From Candidatus Poseidoniaceae archaeon (GTDB lineage: Archaea; Thermoplasmatota; Poseidoniia; Poseidoniales; Poseidoniaceae): a stretch of DNA of 64,000 nucleotides. The translations under genes and the position numbers were made by a program. Positions 47,487 to 57,196 of the stretch are shown piece by piece. Positions within the stretch are counted from its first letter, which is position 1. Each line of letters begins with the position of its first letter. The stretch is taken from assembly GCA_965662895.1 (NCBI GenBank), contig CBFIJH010000002.1:64001-128000 (forward strand), read 5' to 3'. The notes below the pieces were generated by a model, which was given only the letters and a program-made list of their open reading frames with translations, was not told the origin of the DNA and searched no databases.

Positions 47487-48380
47487 ATGAACATGCAGTA
47501 TGAAAACTCATCAAAACTACGAAGCCTGAAGTTGAACCGCCGAAATAGCGCTGTACTCGCTGTTATGCTGTTTGCACTTGCAGCCGTTGCTCTACCAGCA
47601 GCAGCTGAAACAACCAACCCTGCCACAGTCGAATGGCTAAATGACAACGAGAACGACGGACTCGAACTCGTTACCTTCTTCTTGTTCTTCGTCGGATACA
47701 TTTCGATGGGTGCAGCGTTCGTCTTTTTCATGAGTGAGCGCTCGAATGTAGGACCAGAACACCGCACAACCATGACAATCTCCGCATTGATCGTCGGTAT
47801 TGCAGCGTTCCACTACTACTACATGCGTGGCGTGTACGTCGACCACCAAGTCGTCTCCATCGAGTACCGATACATGGACTGGATCATTACCGTTCCACTC
47901 ATGGCACTCAAGTTCCCAAGCCTCGTTGGCAAGGATGCTATCACCGATGCAAAGTTCGCTGGTCTCGGATTCACAGGAATCTGTTTCACTGGTGCACTCA
48001 TCATGATCGGATTCGGATACGCTGGTGAAGCTGGTCTCATGAACGCATGGGCTGGTCTCCTCCTCGGTGGAATGGGATGGGCAATGATCATTGTTGCAAC
48101 AGGTACCCCATGGTCCGATGGACTCGGTGTCGACAACAGCAAGATCGCTGACGAGCTCAAGTGGAGCGCTGACGCACTCCGCTGGTTCATCGTTGTTGGA
48201 TGGATCATCTATCCTCTCGGTTACCTCTTCAGCCCAGAAGTCAAAATCATCGACGCTGGTACAGAAGGCGAACTCTGGATGGGTATCGCTTACAACATCG
48301 CTGACATGATCAACAAGATCGGATTCGGTGTCGTAGCATGGATGGGAGCCAAGAAGGCTGCCGAAGCTATCACAGAGTGA
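47487..48380 (+). CDS. Proteorhodopsin-type microbial rhodopsin with signal peptide (DTK motif)
   Basis: Helix B 'AAFHYYYMR', helix C 'YRYMDWIITVPLMALKF', helix F 'GWIIYPLGY', helix G 'YNIADMINKIGFG' with the retinal Lys. Confidence 0.96.
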   Translation: MNMQYENSSKLRSLKLNRRNSAVLAVMLFALAAVALPAAAETTNPATVEWLNDNENDGLELVTFFLFFVGYISMGAAFVFFMSERSNVGPEHRTTMTISALIVGIAAFHYYYMRGVYVDHQVVSIEYRYMDWIITVPLMALKFPSLVGKDAITDAKFAGLGFTGICFTGALIMIGFGYAGEAGLMNAWAGLLLGGMGWAMIIVATGTPWSDGLGVDNSKIADELKWSADALRWFIVVGWIIYPLGYLFSPEVKIIDAGTEGELWMGIAYNIADMINKIGFGVVAWMGAKKAAEAITE

Positions 48381-48409
48381 GAGTAAAACAATACCGCATG
48401 TCATAACTG

Positions 48410-48436
48410 GGGAGGGCGCCTTACGGCGCCCTCTCC
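48410..48436. terminator. GC-rich hairpin between convergent genes
   Basis: GAGGGCGCC-TTAC-GGCGCCCTC perfect 9-bp stem (48412-48433), overlapping the stop codon of the opposing gene. Confidence 0.6.
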
Positions 48437-49428
48437 TCTTCATGACGAGTTACCTGTCGTAACGCATACTCAAGCGAGTATGTTGGAAACCGTGTTCTCC
48501 AGAACACACTCAATGGCCACCAAACCAATGTGAATCCAATCACAACTGGTACAGCCGATGACCACGATAATGCAGCGCCTGAACCCAAGTAAATTGGGAT
48601 AAAATGGGCGAGGTATAACGTGAGAGAAAGCTGCCCGAGGTGATGAATTCCACGGAATGGTTGCCGATTCTCAAGGAGTATCCATAAGATCAAAACGCCA
48701 GTGCATGCTGCGATAAGAAACGGAGTGTTTGCTGGAAAAAAGGTCAGGACTGCTTCTCCTTGAGGTTGAGCAAATGGAATGCCTTTGTGAATTGATTCAT
48801 ACAGAAACGATACACACAACAAAATTCCAGCCACAACTACCATAGAAAGACTCTTGATTGTTGGAGCATGCACATTGATGCCCGCACCAAGGATCGAAAA
48901 GAAGACCCATGGGAAGAGTGGGTAGGTACCCGTTAGCACTAAGTGAGATACAAATTGGCTAACACCCAAGACCTCGACTCTGTCATTCCATGAAAGTGTG
49001 GAGTCTCCAGGTGAAAGTATTGTATTGATGACTCCAAGAGCAGTGAGAGTTGCTACGAATGCAATGCTGTTTCGTGCAATGCGAATCCACAGTGGTGCTA
49101 CAAGGTACAGGAGAGCAAACAAAGAGAGAACGCCTGGTGTGAAAGGATCGAAAAGATGAGAAGCAGTCATGTTAACAATAAACTGCGCTACAATCAGAAA
49201 TGCGAATCGGATCAATGCCTTTCGAACCGTCCAAGTTGATTGGACAGTGACCCAACCTCCAACGGTTACGAATAACGGAGCTGCTAGTCCACCAAGGCCT
49301 GCAACAACGAGTGCAAGAAAAGAGGTTGTTGATGCCTCATTTGGAGCCCATGTGGCGGCAGCATGAACCATAATCATGAGAAGAATTGCAAGACCTCGAA
49401 TCTGATCGATGTCTTGGCGACGTCCCAT
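48421..49428 (-). CDS. Heparan-alpha-glucosaminide N-acetyltransferase-like (DUF1624) membrane protein
   Basis: 'IDQIRGLAILLMIMVH', 'AAPLFV', 'YPLFPW', 'LGQLSLTLYLAH'. Confidence 0.85.
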   Translation of the reverse strand: MGRRQDIDQIRGLAILLMIMVHAAATWAPNEASTTSFLALVVAGLGGLAAPLFVTVGGWVTVQSTWTVRKALIRFAFLIVAQFIVNMTASHLFDPFTPGVLSLFALLYLVAPLWIRIARNSIAFVATLTALGVINTILSPGDSTLSWNDRVEVLGVSQFVSHLVLTGTYPLFPWVFFSILGAGINVHAPTIKSLSMVVVAGILLCVSFLYESIHKGIPFAQPQGEAVLTFFPANTPFLIAACTGVLILWILLENRQPFRGIHHLGQLSLTLYLAHFIPIYLGSGAALSWSSAVPVVIGFTLVWWPLSVFWRTRFPTYSLEYALRQVTRHEEERAP

Positions 49429-49434
49429 TCTGCG

Positions 49435-50268
49435 TCACCGCTGACTCAAAACGTATTCGATTGCATTTCGGAAAATCTGCAGTCCTTCCCCTTCCCAGTT
49501 ATCATCAATATCCATCGAGGTATGTTCAGGGTGCAGCCACATACTGTAGAAGGCTTCGGGGTGTGGCATAAGCCCGAAAACCAATCCCGTAGCATCGCAT
49601 ATTCCTGCGATGTTTCTCATACTTCCATTTGGACTCATTGGAAAGGGGAGAAGTTCATTCTGAATTCCTTGGCCTACTGGCGCCATAGGATCAACGTAAC
49701 GTACTGTCAGTTGATGATTTGCATCAAGGTTGTCAAAATCTTGAGCTGCTGGCATAACAAATCTTCCTTCACCGTGACGTACTGGGCATTCAATTCTCCG
49801 AATCCCCTTTGTCCAAATGCATGGGCTTTCAGAATCGAATTCCAATGTAACCCATCGATCCTCATAACGACCCGTATTGTTGAGTGTAAGGCTCGCACGC
49901 TGGACCAAGTCGGGTTCGAGAGAAGCATCCGCAGGACCTGGTAGAAGCCCAGTCTTAACGAGGGCTTGAAATCCATTGCAGATGCCAATAATTGGTTTCC
50001 CACCGGTCACGAATTGCTGCAATTGCTCACGTAGTGCAAATCGCAACCGATTGCCGAGAAGTCTCCCACTACCAAGGTGGTCGCCGAATGAAAAGCCACC
50101 AGGTACTGCCAATATATCGAATTCAGACAGGGTTCGTTCCCCTTGGACGAGGCGGTTGACATGCAATCGCTCCGAGGTTCCACCAACCATATCAAAAACA
50201 GCGGCTGTTTCTCGATCGCAATTGATTCCAAATCCAAAAAGAACGCAAACCTTGACCTCTTGGCTCAT
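49435..50268 (-). CDS. purQ: FGAM synthase glutaminase subunit
   Basis: 'GINCDRET', 'PGGFSFGD', 'GICNGFQ', 'HGEG', 'LMPHPE'. Confidence 0.96.
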   Translation of the reverse strand: MSQEVKVCVLFGFGINCDRETAAVFDMVGGTSERLHVNRLVQGERTLSEFDILAVPGGFSFGDHLGSGRLLGNRLRFALREQLQQFVTGGKPIIGICNGFQALVKTGLLPGPADASLEPDLVQRASLTLNNTGRYEDRWVTLEFDSESPCIWTKGIRRIECPVRHGEGRFVMPAAQDFDNLDANHQLTVRYVDPMAPVGQGIQNELLPFPMSPNGSMRNIAGICDATGLVFGLMPHPEAFYSMWLHPEHTSMDIDDNWEGEGLQIFRNAIEYVLSQR

Positions 50269-53200
50269 TCAATCGCCCCCGTCATATCAAGTGCATTTTT
50301 CCAATGGTTCGTTAGTTCATCAACATCTGCATGTACAATCGAATCATAACCATCCTCAATAATGAGCTCAGAAGACTCCGTTACCATCCCAACAAGGTGG
50401 ACTTCGGCACCGTCCATCATTTGAATAAAATCAAGTTCGTTTTGTGAATCAACTGAAACAACGATTCTTCCCAAAGATTCGCTCCATAATCGGGTAAACG
50501 CATCTCCTTCTCCAATACCGTCAATATCAATGATTGCACCACATCGGCCACCGATGCACATTTCTGCGAGTGCAATAGCCAACCCTCCTTCACTGCAATC
50601 ATGGGCAGTTCGAATAAGCCCGTTCTGAATCGAAGCCGAAAGTTTTCGATAGACTTCAAGTTGCTTTTTTGGATCTTCTAAAAGCGGAACTTGTCCGCCG
50701 ATACCTTTTGCGTCACCTCGCTCCTTGAGATGGAATGCAACTTCTGCAGCACCCAATTCGTTGTATGTTGTTCCAACGAGATAGATTCTTTCCCCATGAT
50801 GTTTGAAATTTGAAGTAGCAGTCTTACGAACATCCGGCTGATTTCCAAACAATGAAAATAGCATTGTTGGAGGTATTGAGATCTTATTCGGCCAAACGCC
50901 GTAATCGTTCTTCATTGAATCCTTACCAGATACACAAGGTAAGCGATAAGCGCGACAAACTCGCTCAAGCTCTCGGTTTGCACGAACCAATTGTGCAAGT
51001 TTGAATTTTCCATCAGGTGTCTTTTCAGATTCTATCGGGTCAGGCCAACAGAAATTGTCCAATCCGGCCATTTTATCGATGTCGACGCCAACACAAACAG
51101 CGTTACGGACTGCCTCATCAATTGAGGCTGCAACCATCGCGCCAGCGTCAATATCGGAATAACGCGGAGCAATACCACAAGAAACCACAATCCCTTGCGG
51201 ATTTCCATGTATTGGAGCTATCAAGCCTGCGTCTCCTGGGCCATCCCGTTCAACCCCTACAAATGGCTTCACAACGGTTTGGGCTATGACTTCATGATCG
51301 TATTGGCGAACCCATGTTTCCTTCGATGCAATGTTCGGTCGAGCAAGCATTTCTTTGAGAAGGAGATTTTGATCAATGTTCGCCGGCGGAATAAATTCAC
51401 TATGCTGGGGAGGCGACCATTCGGACTCCAATTCGAGTTGAGGAACGCCATCGTGCAGGAATGAGATTGGGAGGTAGGCGACCGTGTCTTCGCCATGTTT
51501 CACATGAAAATATCCTGTGTTTGTGAATGTGGCAACCTGAGTTGCTTCAACCTCATGCAGTTTTGCAAGTGCTTCAAATGCTTCTCTGTCCTTCGGCGCC
51601 ACTGCAACAGTCATTCGTTCCTGAGATTCGGAAACAAGTATTTCCCAAGAAGACAATCCTTCTTGCTTTAGGGGGACTTTTCCAAGGTCAATTTCACATC
51701 CATTGGTGTATTCTGCCATTTCACCAATTGAGGATGAAAGGCCCCCGGCACCATTGTCGGTCGTACATGTTATCAGACATGCGTCTCGCGCTTCGAGAAG
51801 CATATCCATCATCTTCTTTTGTGTGATTGGGTCACCAATTTGAACGGCACTTGAGGGGGATTCGTCAGTTAATTCGAGTGATGAAAAGGTGGCGCCGTGG
51901 ATACCATCGGAACCGACTCGGCCCCCAACCATGTAAACGAGGTCCCCTGATGACGGATTCTTTTCATGCGATTCTCGTCCATCTGCAAGGCGTCTTGGCA
52001 TGAGCCCGACGGTTCCACAATATACGAGGGGTTTACCGATGTAACGTTCGTCAAACACAATGGCTCCGTTGATTGTAGGGATACCGGACTCATTTCCGCC
52101 TACACGTACACCAGCATGAACTCCTCGGAGCACTCGTGATGGATGGAAAAGTGTTGAAGGTAGTTCTCCCGTCCAATTCGGTGGACCAAAGCAGAATACA
52201 TCGGTGTTGGCTATCGGTCGAGCGCCAAGGCCTGTACCAAGGATGTCTCGGTTGACACCCACAATACCTGTCATCGCGCCTCCGTACGGATCAAGAGCGG
52301 AGGGTGAGTTATGGGTCTCTGCTTTCATACAAATGGACCACTCGTCGTTCCAAGCAATGACGCCTGAGTTATCATGAAACACCGAGAGAAGCCAGTCAAC
52401 CTCTTCAGCCATATCATGCGTTGGTTTCATAATATGCGTTTTGAAAAGAGAATCAATCACAGTGTCTTCATTTGTTTCTGTATCGATATGGTGAATTTTG
52501 CTTGCAAAAATCTTGTGTTTGCAATGTTCGCTCCATGTTTGAGCCAAACATTCCAATTCCACATCGGTTGGTGCATTCGGAAATATCCCTTCATTTTCCC
52601 TTTTTTTACGTGTTGATTCATCTCGAAAATAGTCACGTATGGTTTGCATCTCATTGAGATTCAGAGCAAGAAGACCATCTGTGGAGAGTTTCATTAATTC
52701 ATCATCGCTGACTTCAAGATCGATTGTGGAAGGTTGTTGGCGTTGAATTGAAGGACGCTCTGGATACGAAAGATGGGTTGCATTACCAGATTCTAACTGT
52801 TGTTTCGTGGTTAAAATGGATTTTTCGATGAGTCCATTGTACAATGTAGAAGCTAACCAATCATGATCAATATCGACTGGAAGTTGAAGAAATGCGTAAG
52901 AGATGTATGTTGATATCGAAGAAGGCCCATCAGGGAACAAGACCTTGAATCCATCATTCGCAGCCGCGCCGGGATTGTCCGTAACACCTGGTTTGAAACC
53001 AACTGTAACCGTAAGTGTTGGTGGATTTGGGAAGAAGTTTTTGTCTTCTAGAAGCGCTGTGTTTGTTGCCCCAAATTCGATAATTGGGTCAGAAAAAATA
53101 TCTTGAACTCGAGGTTCGATCTCTGTAGCGCTGTATTGGCTGCGGATAAGGTAGCCACGAATACTACGTACTTGCCCAACGTCAATACCATGGTCAGCAA

Positions 53201-53309
53201 ACAATTGACGTCGTACTACGTTTCCAAGCACATCTTGCATCCCTTCTGACTGTAAGGGAGTAACCTCAACTCGGACGTCTTGCACTGTCATAGGTTCCAG
53301 CCCAGACAC
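50265..53309 (-). CDS. purL: FGAM synthase PurL with N-terminal PurS-like extension
   Basis: 'QTWSEHCKHK', 'KAETHNSPS', 'DNGAGG', 'LVSESQERM', 'QYDHEV', 'SGKDS', 'HDCSEGG'. Confidence 0.96.
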   Translation of the reverse strand: MSGLEPMTVQDVRVEVTPLQSEGMQDVLGNVVRRQLFADHGIDVGQVRSIRGYLIRSQYSATEIEPRVQDIFSDPIIEFGATNTALLEDKNFFPNPPTLTVTVGFKPGVTDNPGAAANDGFKVLFPDGPSSISTYISYAFLQLPVDIDHDWLASTLYNGLIEKSILTTKQQLESGNATHLSYPERPSIQRQQPSTIDLEVSDDELMKLSTDGLLALNLNEMQTIRDYFRDESTRKKRENEGIFPNAPTDVELECLAQTWSEHCKHKIFASKIHHIDTETNEDTVIDSLFKTHIMKPTHDMAEEVDWLLSVFHDNSGVIAWNDEWSICMKAETHNSPSALDPYGGAMTGIVGVNRDILGTGLGARPIANTDVFCFGPPNWTGELPSTLFHPSRVLRGVHAGVRVGGNESGIPTINGAIVFDERYIGKPLVYCGTVGLMPRRLADGRESHEKNPSSGDLVYMVGGRVGSDGIHGATFSSLELTDESPSSAVQIGDPITQKKMMDMLLEARDACLITCTTDNGAGGLSSSIGEMAEYTNGCEIDLGKVPLKQEGLSSWEILVSESQERMTVAVAPKDREAFEALAKLHEVEATQVATFTNTGYFHVKHGEDTVAYLPISFLHDGVPQLELESEWSPPQHSEFIPPANIDQNLLLKEMLARPNIASKETWVRQYDHEVIAQTVVKPFVGVERDGPGDAGLIAPIHGNPQGIVVSCGIAPRYSDIDAGAMVAASIDEAVRNAVCVGVDIDKMAGLDNFCWPDPIESEKTPDGKFKLAQLVRANRELERVCRAYRLPCVSGKDSMKNDYGVWPNKISIPPTMLFSLFGNQPDVRKTATSNFKHHGERIYLVGTTYNELGAAEVAFHLKERGDAKGIGGQVPLLEDPKKQLEVYRKLSASIQNGLIRTAHDCSEGGLAIALAEMCIGGRCGAIIDIDGIGEGDAFTRLWSESLGRIVVSVDSQNELDFIQMMDGAEVHLVGMVTESSELIIEDGYDSIVHADVDELTNHWKNALDMTGAIE

Positions 53310-53347
53310 AGTTCATCGCATACGCTCTTTGAACAATACGGAGAGGT

Positions 53348-56281
53348 TTACTCCGAGTTGAGCATGGATTTGAGGAATTGTCCAGTATAGCTTTGCGGCA
53401 CTTCAGCAACTTCTTCAGGCGTTCCTTCAGCAACAATCTGACCACCTCGATCGCCTCCTTCAGGACCAAGGTCGATGACATAATCACTGCATTTGACAAC
53501 GTCAAGATGATGTTCAATCACGACAACAGTATGGCCTTTAGTTCGCAGTTCAAGCAACACATCAACCAGCAATTGGACATCGCTAAACGATAGGCCTGTT
53601 GTCGGTTCATCAAGAATGTACACTGTGTGTTTGTGTGGGGGGCGACGTAATTCGCTTGCAAGTTTTACGCGTTGAGCTTCCCCTCCAGACAATGTTGTCG
53701 CAGGTTGGCCGAGTCGAATGTATGCGAGACCCACAGCGTTTAGGGTTTCAAGAGTGCGATGAATCTTCTTGTGATTTTTGAAAAATGAGACCGCTTCACC
53801 AACGGGCATCTGAAGAACATCATGGATTGTTTTTCCCTTCCATGTCACCTCGAGACACTCTCGCGTGTAGCGCTTACCATTGCAAATATCGCATTCAATC
53901 CAGACATCGGGTAAGAAATTCATTTCCAACTTAATCGACCCTGCACCGGAACAAGCTTCACAACGCCCACCTTTTACGTTAAAACTGAATGTTCCCGGAG
54001 TATAACCACGCTCCTTAGCAAGCGTTGTGTTGGAAAACAATTTACGGATTTCATCGAAAACCTTGGTGTATGTTGCGGGATTTGAGCGAGGTGTTCGCCC
54101 AATTGGTGACTGATCGATGATGATGGCTTTGTCCACATGCTGAAGCCCATCAACGGACGCATGTTTTCCTGGCAATTTCTCAGAATTATGGAGGTGTCGC
54201 TGCAGAGCAGGAGCGAGTATTCCTGAAATGAGCGAAGACTTGCCAGAACCTGAAACCCCTGTAATTGAGGTAAAACATCCCAGTGGAATTTTGACATCGA
54301 TGTTGCTGAGATTGTTGTGCTGAGCATTGACAATCTTCAGCCAATTCTTTTTTGGAGATGTTCGCTCTACTGCAGAAGTAATGGAACGGCGCCCAGAAAG
54401 ATACGCTCCTGTAATGGACGCTTTGGATTTCATAACTTTGTTTGGAGGGCCGTTTGCAACAACTACCCCGCCTTCGAGACCTGCTCCAGGACCTAAATCG
54501 CAAATCCAGTCAGCTTGGCGGAGGGTGTCCTCATCGTGTTCAACGACCAGAAGTGTATTGCCTAAATCCGTTAATTCCCGGAGCGTTTTGAGGAGGCGTT
54601 CATTGTCGCGTTGGTGTAAACCGATTGAAGGCTCATCGAGGACATACATCACACCAGTAAGTCGCGATCCTATTTGAGTCGCAAGGCGGATTCGTTGGCT
54701 TTCACCGCCAGAAAGCGTGTTCGCCTTACGGTCCAGTGTAAGATAATCAAGACCAACGGAATCGAGGAAGCCAAGTCGGCTTTCAATTTCTTTCAATATT
54801 TCATTTCCGATGAACAAAGAACGGTCGTCGAGCGTATTCAGTACATCTGCATACTGTTCAGGTGGTCCATCTGCATCGGGGTGGAGGGCCTTGATCAATT
54901 GATATGCTTCATACACTGAACTTCGGCTTACCTCTGGGAGACGAATACCGCCTACTGTAACAAATCGTGCTGCTGGGTTGAGTTTTTCTCCATCGCAAGC
55001 ATGACAGTCCAAATCTGTCATGCATGCAATCAATCTATTGCGCGTTCGATCGGAAGACGTTTCCGAATAGGTTCTCTCCAGTCGTGCAATGATGCCCTCC
55101 CATGGGCGGTTCATCTTGTAGACAGATCCATTATCGGATTCAAAATGAAAGTGTATAATCGTTGATCCCGAACCATTCAAGAGAATGTCTTTCGCATCTT
55201 CATCCAGCAAACCGAACGGTATGTTTGGAGAAATTCCATAATGTTCACACACTTGTTGTAAGAGTTTTTTGTACCAACCAGGGGACATGGATTGCCGCCA
55301 TGGAAGGACGCATCCATTTGCCACTGTTAACGTGTCATCAATGATGAGTTCTGGGTTGAATTGGCGTTGAATGCCAAGGCCTTGACATTCTGGACAAGCC
55401 CCTAACGGTGAGTTAAACGAAAAGACTCGGGGGGAAAGTTCGGGCATGAATGCCCCGTGTTCTGGACAAGCAAAGTCCTCTGACCAAGACACTGTCGTTC
55501 CTTCTGGGTGGTCTGGACGGGTCGTTCCTTCCGATTCGAGTGGCTTTTTGGGTCTTCGCAAACTTGTTACTGCGAGAGCGCCGCCACCAAGTCGCAACGC
55601 GTTCTCAACTGCTTCTGTCGTTCTATGACGTCGATCCTTTGAGAGAACAAAGCGATCGATTCGAACATCAATATCATGACGGAAATTTTTGTCAAGGGTA
55701 GGTGGATTTTCAAAATCCGTATCATGGCCATTTACGCGACCATTCATGTACCCCTGTTCAACAAATTGCTTGAACAATTCCGCATGCGTTCCTTTACGAG
55801 CACGGACAACCGGACTCCATACTGCAATGGTATGTTGCTCAAAGTTCCAAAGAATATCATCGACGATTTCCTGCACGGTTCGACGCGCAACTTCCTTACC
55901 ACAATCTGGACAATGTGGTTTCCCAATTCGCGCCCAGAGTAGACGAAGATAGTCTTGGATTTCTGTCACCGTTGCAACGGTTGAACGTGGATTGTGCGAT
56001 CCCTGTTTTTGATCGATAGAAATGGCCGGTGAAAGGCCTTCGATACCGTCACAATCAGCTTTTTTCATCTGTCCTATGAATTGGCGCGCATAAGAGGACA
56101 GGGATTCGACATATCGCCGTTGGCCTTCAGCGTACAGTGTATCAAATGCCAAACTGGATTTACCGGAACCTGAGACACCTGAAATGACAACAAATTGTCC
56201 GCGCGGTAATCGAACATCAATATCTTGGAGATTGTGTGTTCGCGCTCCGCGAACCGTAATCCAGTTCTGATTCTTTGCCAT
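53348..56281 (-). CDS. uvrA: Excinuclease ABC subunit A
   Basis: 'GARTHNL', 'GVSGSGKSSLAFDT', Zn fingers, two ABC cassettes, 'DLGPEGG'. Confidence 0.98.
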   Translation of the reverse strand: MAKNQNWITVRGARTHNLQDIDVRLPRGQFVVISGVSGSGKSSLAFDTLYAEGQRRYVESLSSYARQFIGQMKKADCDGIEGLSPAISIDQKQGSHNPRSTVATVTEIQDYLRLLWARIGKPHCPDCGKEVARRTVQEIVDDILWNFEQHTIAVWSPVVRARKGTHAELFKQFVEQGYMNGRVNGHDTDFENPPTLDKNFRHDIDVRIDRFVLSKDRRHRTTEAVENALRLGGGALAVTSLRRPKKPLESEGTTRPDHPEGTTVSWSEDFACPEHGAFMPELSPRVFSFNSPLGACPECQGLGIQRQFNPELIIDDTLTVANGCVLPWRQSMSPGWYKKLLQQVCEHYGISPNIPFGLLDEDAKDILLNGSGSTIIHFHFESDNGSVYKMNRPWEGIIARLERTYSETSSDRTRNRLIACMTDLDCHACDGEKLNPAARFVTVGGIRLPEVSRSSVYEAYQLIKALHPDADGPPEQYADVLNTLDDRSLFIGNEILKEIESRLGFLDSVGLDYLTLDRKANTLSGGESQRIRLATQIGSRLTGVMYVLDEPSIGLHQRDNERLLKTLRELTDLGNTLLVVEHDEDTLRQADWICDLGPGAGLEGGVVVANGPPNKVMKSKASITGAYLSGRRSITSAVERTSPKKNWLKIVNAQHNNLSNIDVKIPLGCFTSITGVSGSGKSSLISGILAPALQRHLHNSEKLPGKHASVDGLQHVDKAIIIDQSPIGRTPRSNPATYTKVFDEIRKLFSNTTLAKERGYTPGTFSFNVKGGRCEACSGAGSIKLEMNFLPDVWIECDICNGKRYTRECLEVTWKGKTIHDVLQMPVGEAVSFFKNHKKIHRTLETLNAVGLAYIRLGQPATTLSGGEAQRVKLASELRRPPHKHTVYILDEPTTGLSFSDVQLLVDVLLELRTKGHTVVVIEHHLDVVKCSDYVIDLGPEGGDRGGQIVAEGTPEEVAEVPQSYTGQFLKSMLNSE

Positions 56282-56302
56282 TTGAACAATTCTACCGTAA
56301 CG

Positions 56303-57187
56303 TCAAGGGTTCTTCAATTCGTGCCTCCAAGCAGGGTTAAATTTTGACTCGAAACGAACAGGGTCATCGGTTTGAGGGTGAAGAAACTCCAAAGCTACTG
56401 CGTGAAGGCAAATTCGTCCAAAAGGATTCATCTCGGCTCCATGAGTTTTGTCACCAACCACTGGATGTCCACTTTTTGCCATAGCGACCCGAATTTGATG
56501 ACGGCGGCCTGTTTCAATCACGATATCGAGTAGTGTACGCTCCTCATTTTTTGCAAGGACATCCCAAGTCGTGATTGCTCGTTTGCTGTCTTTTGTTGGC
56601 TTTTCAGATACATGAATTCTCAAAGTTTTGTCTTCGATGAGATGATGATCCGCACGACCGGGATGAGCAATTCCCTCGACGAGAGCAACATAGTGCCGGT
56701 GGACAAGACGTTCAGAAAATTGGTCTTGTAGATACTGTTTTGCAGTTTCTGACTTCGCTAAAACCATGATGCCGGACGTGGCTTTATCCAATCGATGAAC
56801 AATAAAACACCAGCCACCTTTCTTGTTGGTTCGGCAGTATTCGACACATCGGCTGTGCAGTGTATCGGTTTCAAGACGATCGGTCGCAACAGAAAGTAAG
56901 CCTGCTGGTTTTTCGACGACAAGAATGGTATCATCTTCAAAGAGAATGGTAATGTTATGTGCTTGCGCATTGATTTTTTGTTCTTCTTCGATTGAAATTT
57001 TTTGTTTCGGTAGAATTTCTACGATTTGTCCTGCAGTCACAGGTTCTTTGGCCCGATGGATAATGGTTTCATCAACCGAAATACGTTGGTTTGTAAGCAT
57101 TTTTCTGAGAACGTTTGTGCTCGAATTTGGTTGCATCGTTTTGATGAATTCAAGCAGTGTGGTGTCCTCAGTTACTGTCTTTTTCAT
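56303..57187 (-). CDS. RluA/RluD family pseudouridine synthase
   Basis: 'VEKPAGLL', 'VHRLDKATSG', 'ETGRRHQIR', 'LHA..L.F.HP'. Confidence 0.95.
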   Translation of the reverse strand: MKKTVTEDTTLLEFIKTMQPNSSTNVLRKMLTNQRISVDETIIHRAKEPVTAGQIVEILPKQKISIEEEQKINAQAHNITILFEDDTILVVEKPAGLLSVATDRLETDTLHSRCVEYCRTNKKGGWCFIVHRLDKATSGIMVLAKSETAKQYLQDQFSERLVHRHYVALVEGIAHPGRADHHLIEDKTLRIHVSEKPTKDSKRAITTWDVLAKNEERTLLDIVIETGRRHQIRVAMAKSGHPVVGDKTHGAEMNPFGRICLHAVALEFLHPQTDDPVRFESKFNPAWRHELKNP

Positions 57188-57196
57188 ACCAATCAC

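Noticed and set aside
47637-48443. 268-aa antisense ORF over the rhodopsin gene
   Set aside because: Shadow ORF explained by the strong codon bias of the sense gene; no recognisable motifs.
50265-53309. Unusually long PurL
   Set aside because: PurS-like N-terminal fusion with a separate PurQ is a known arrangement.
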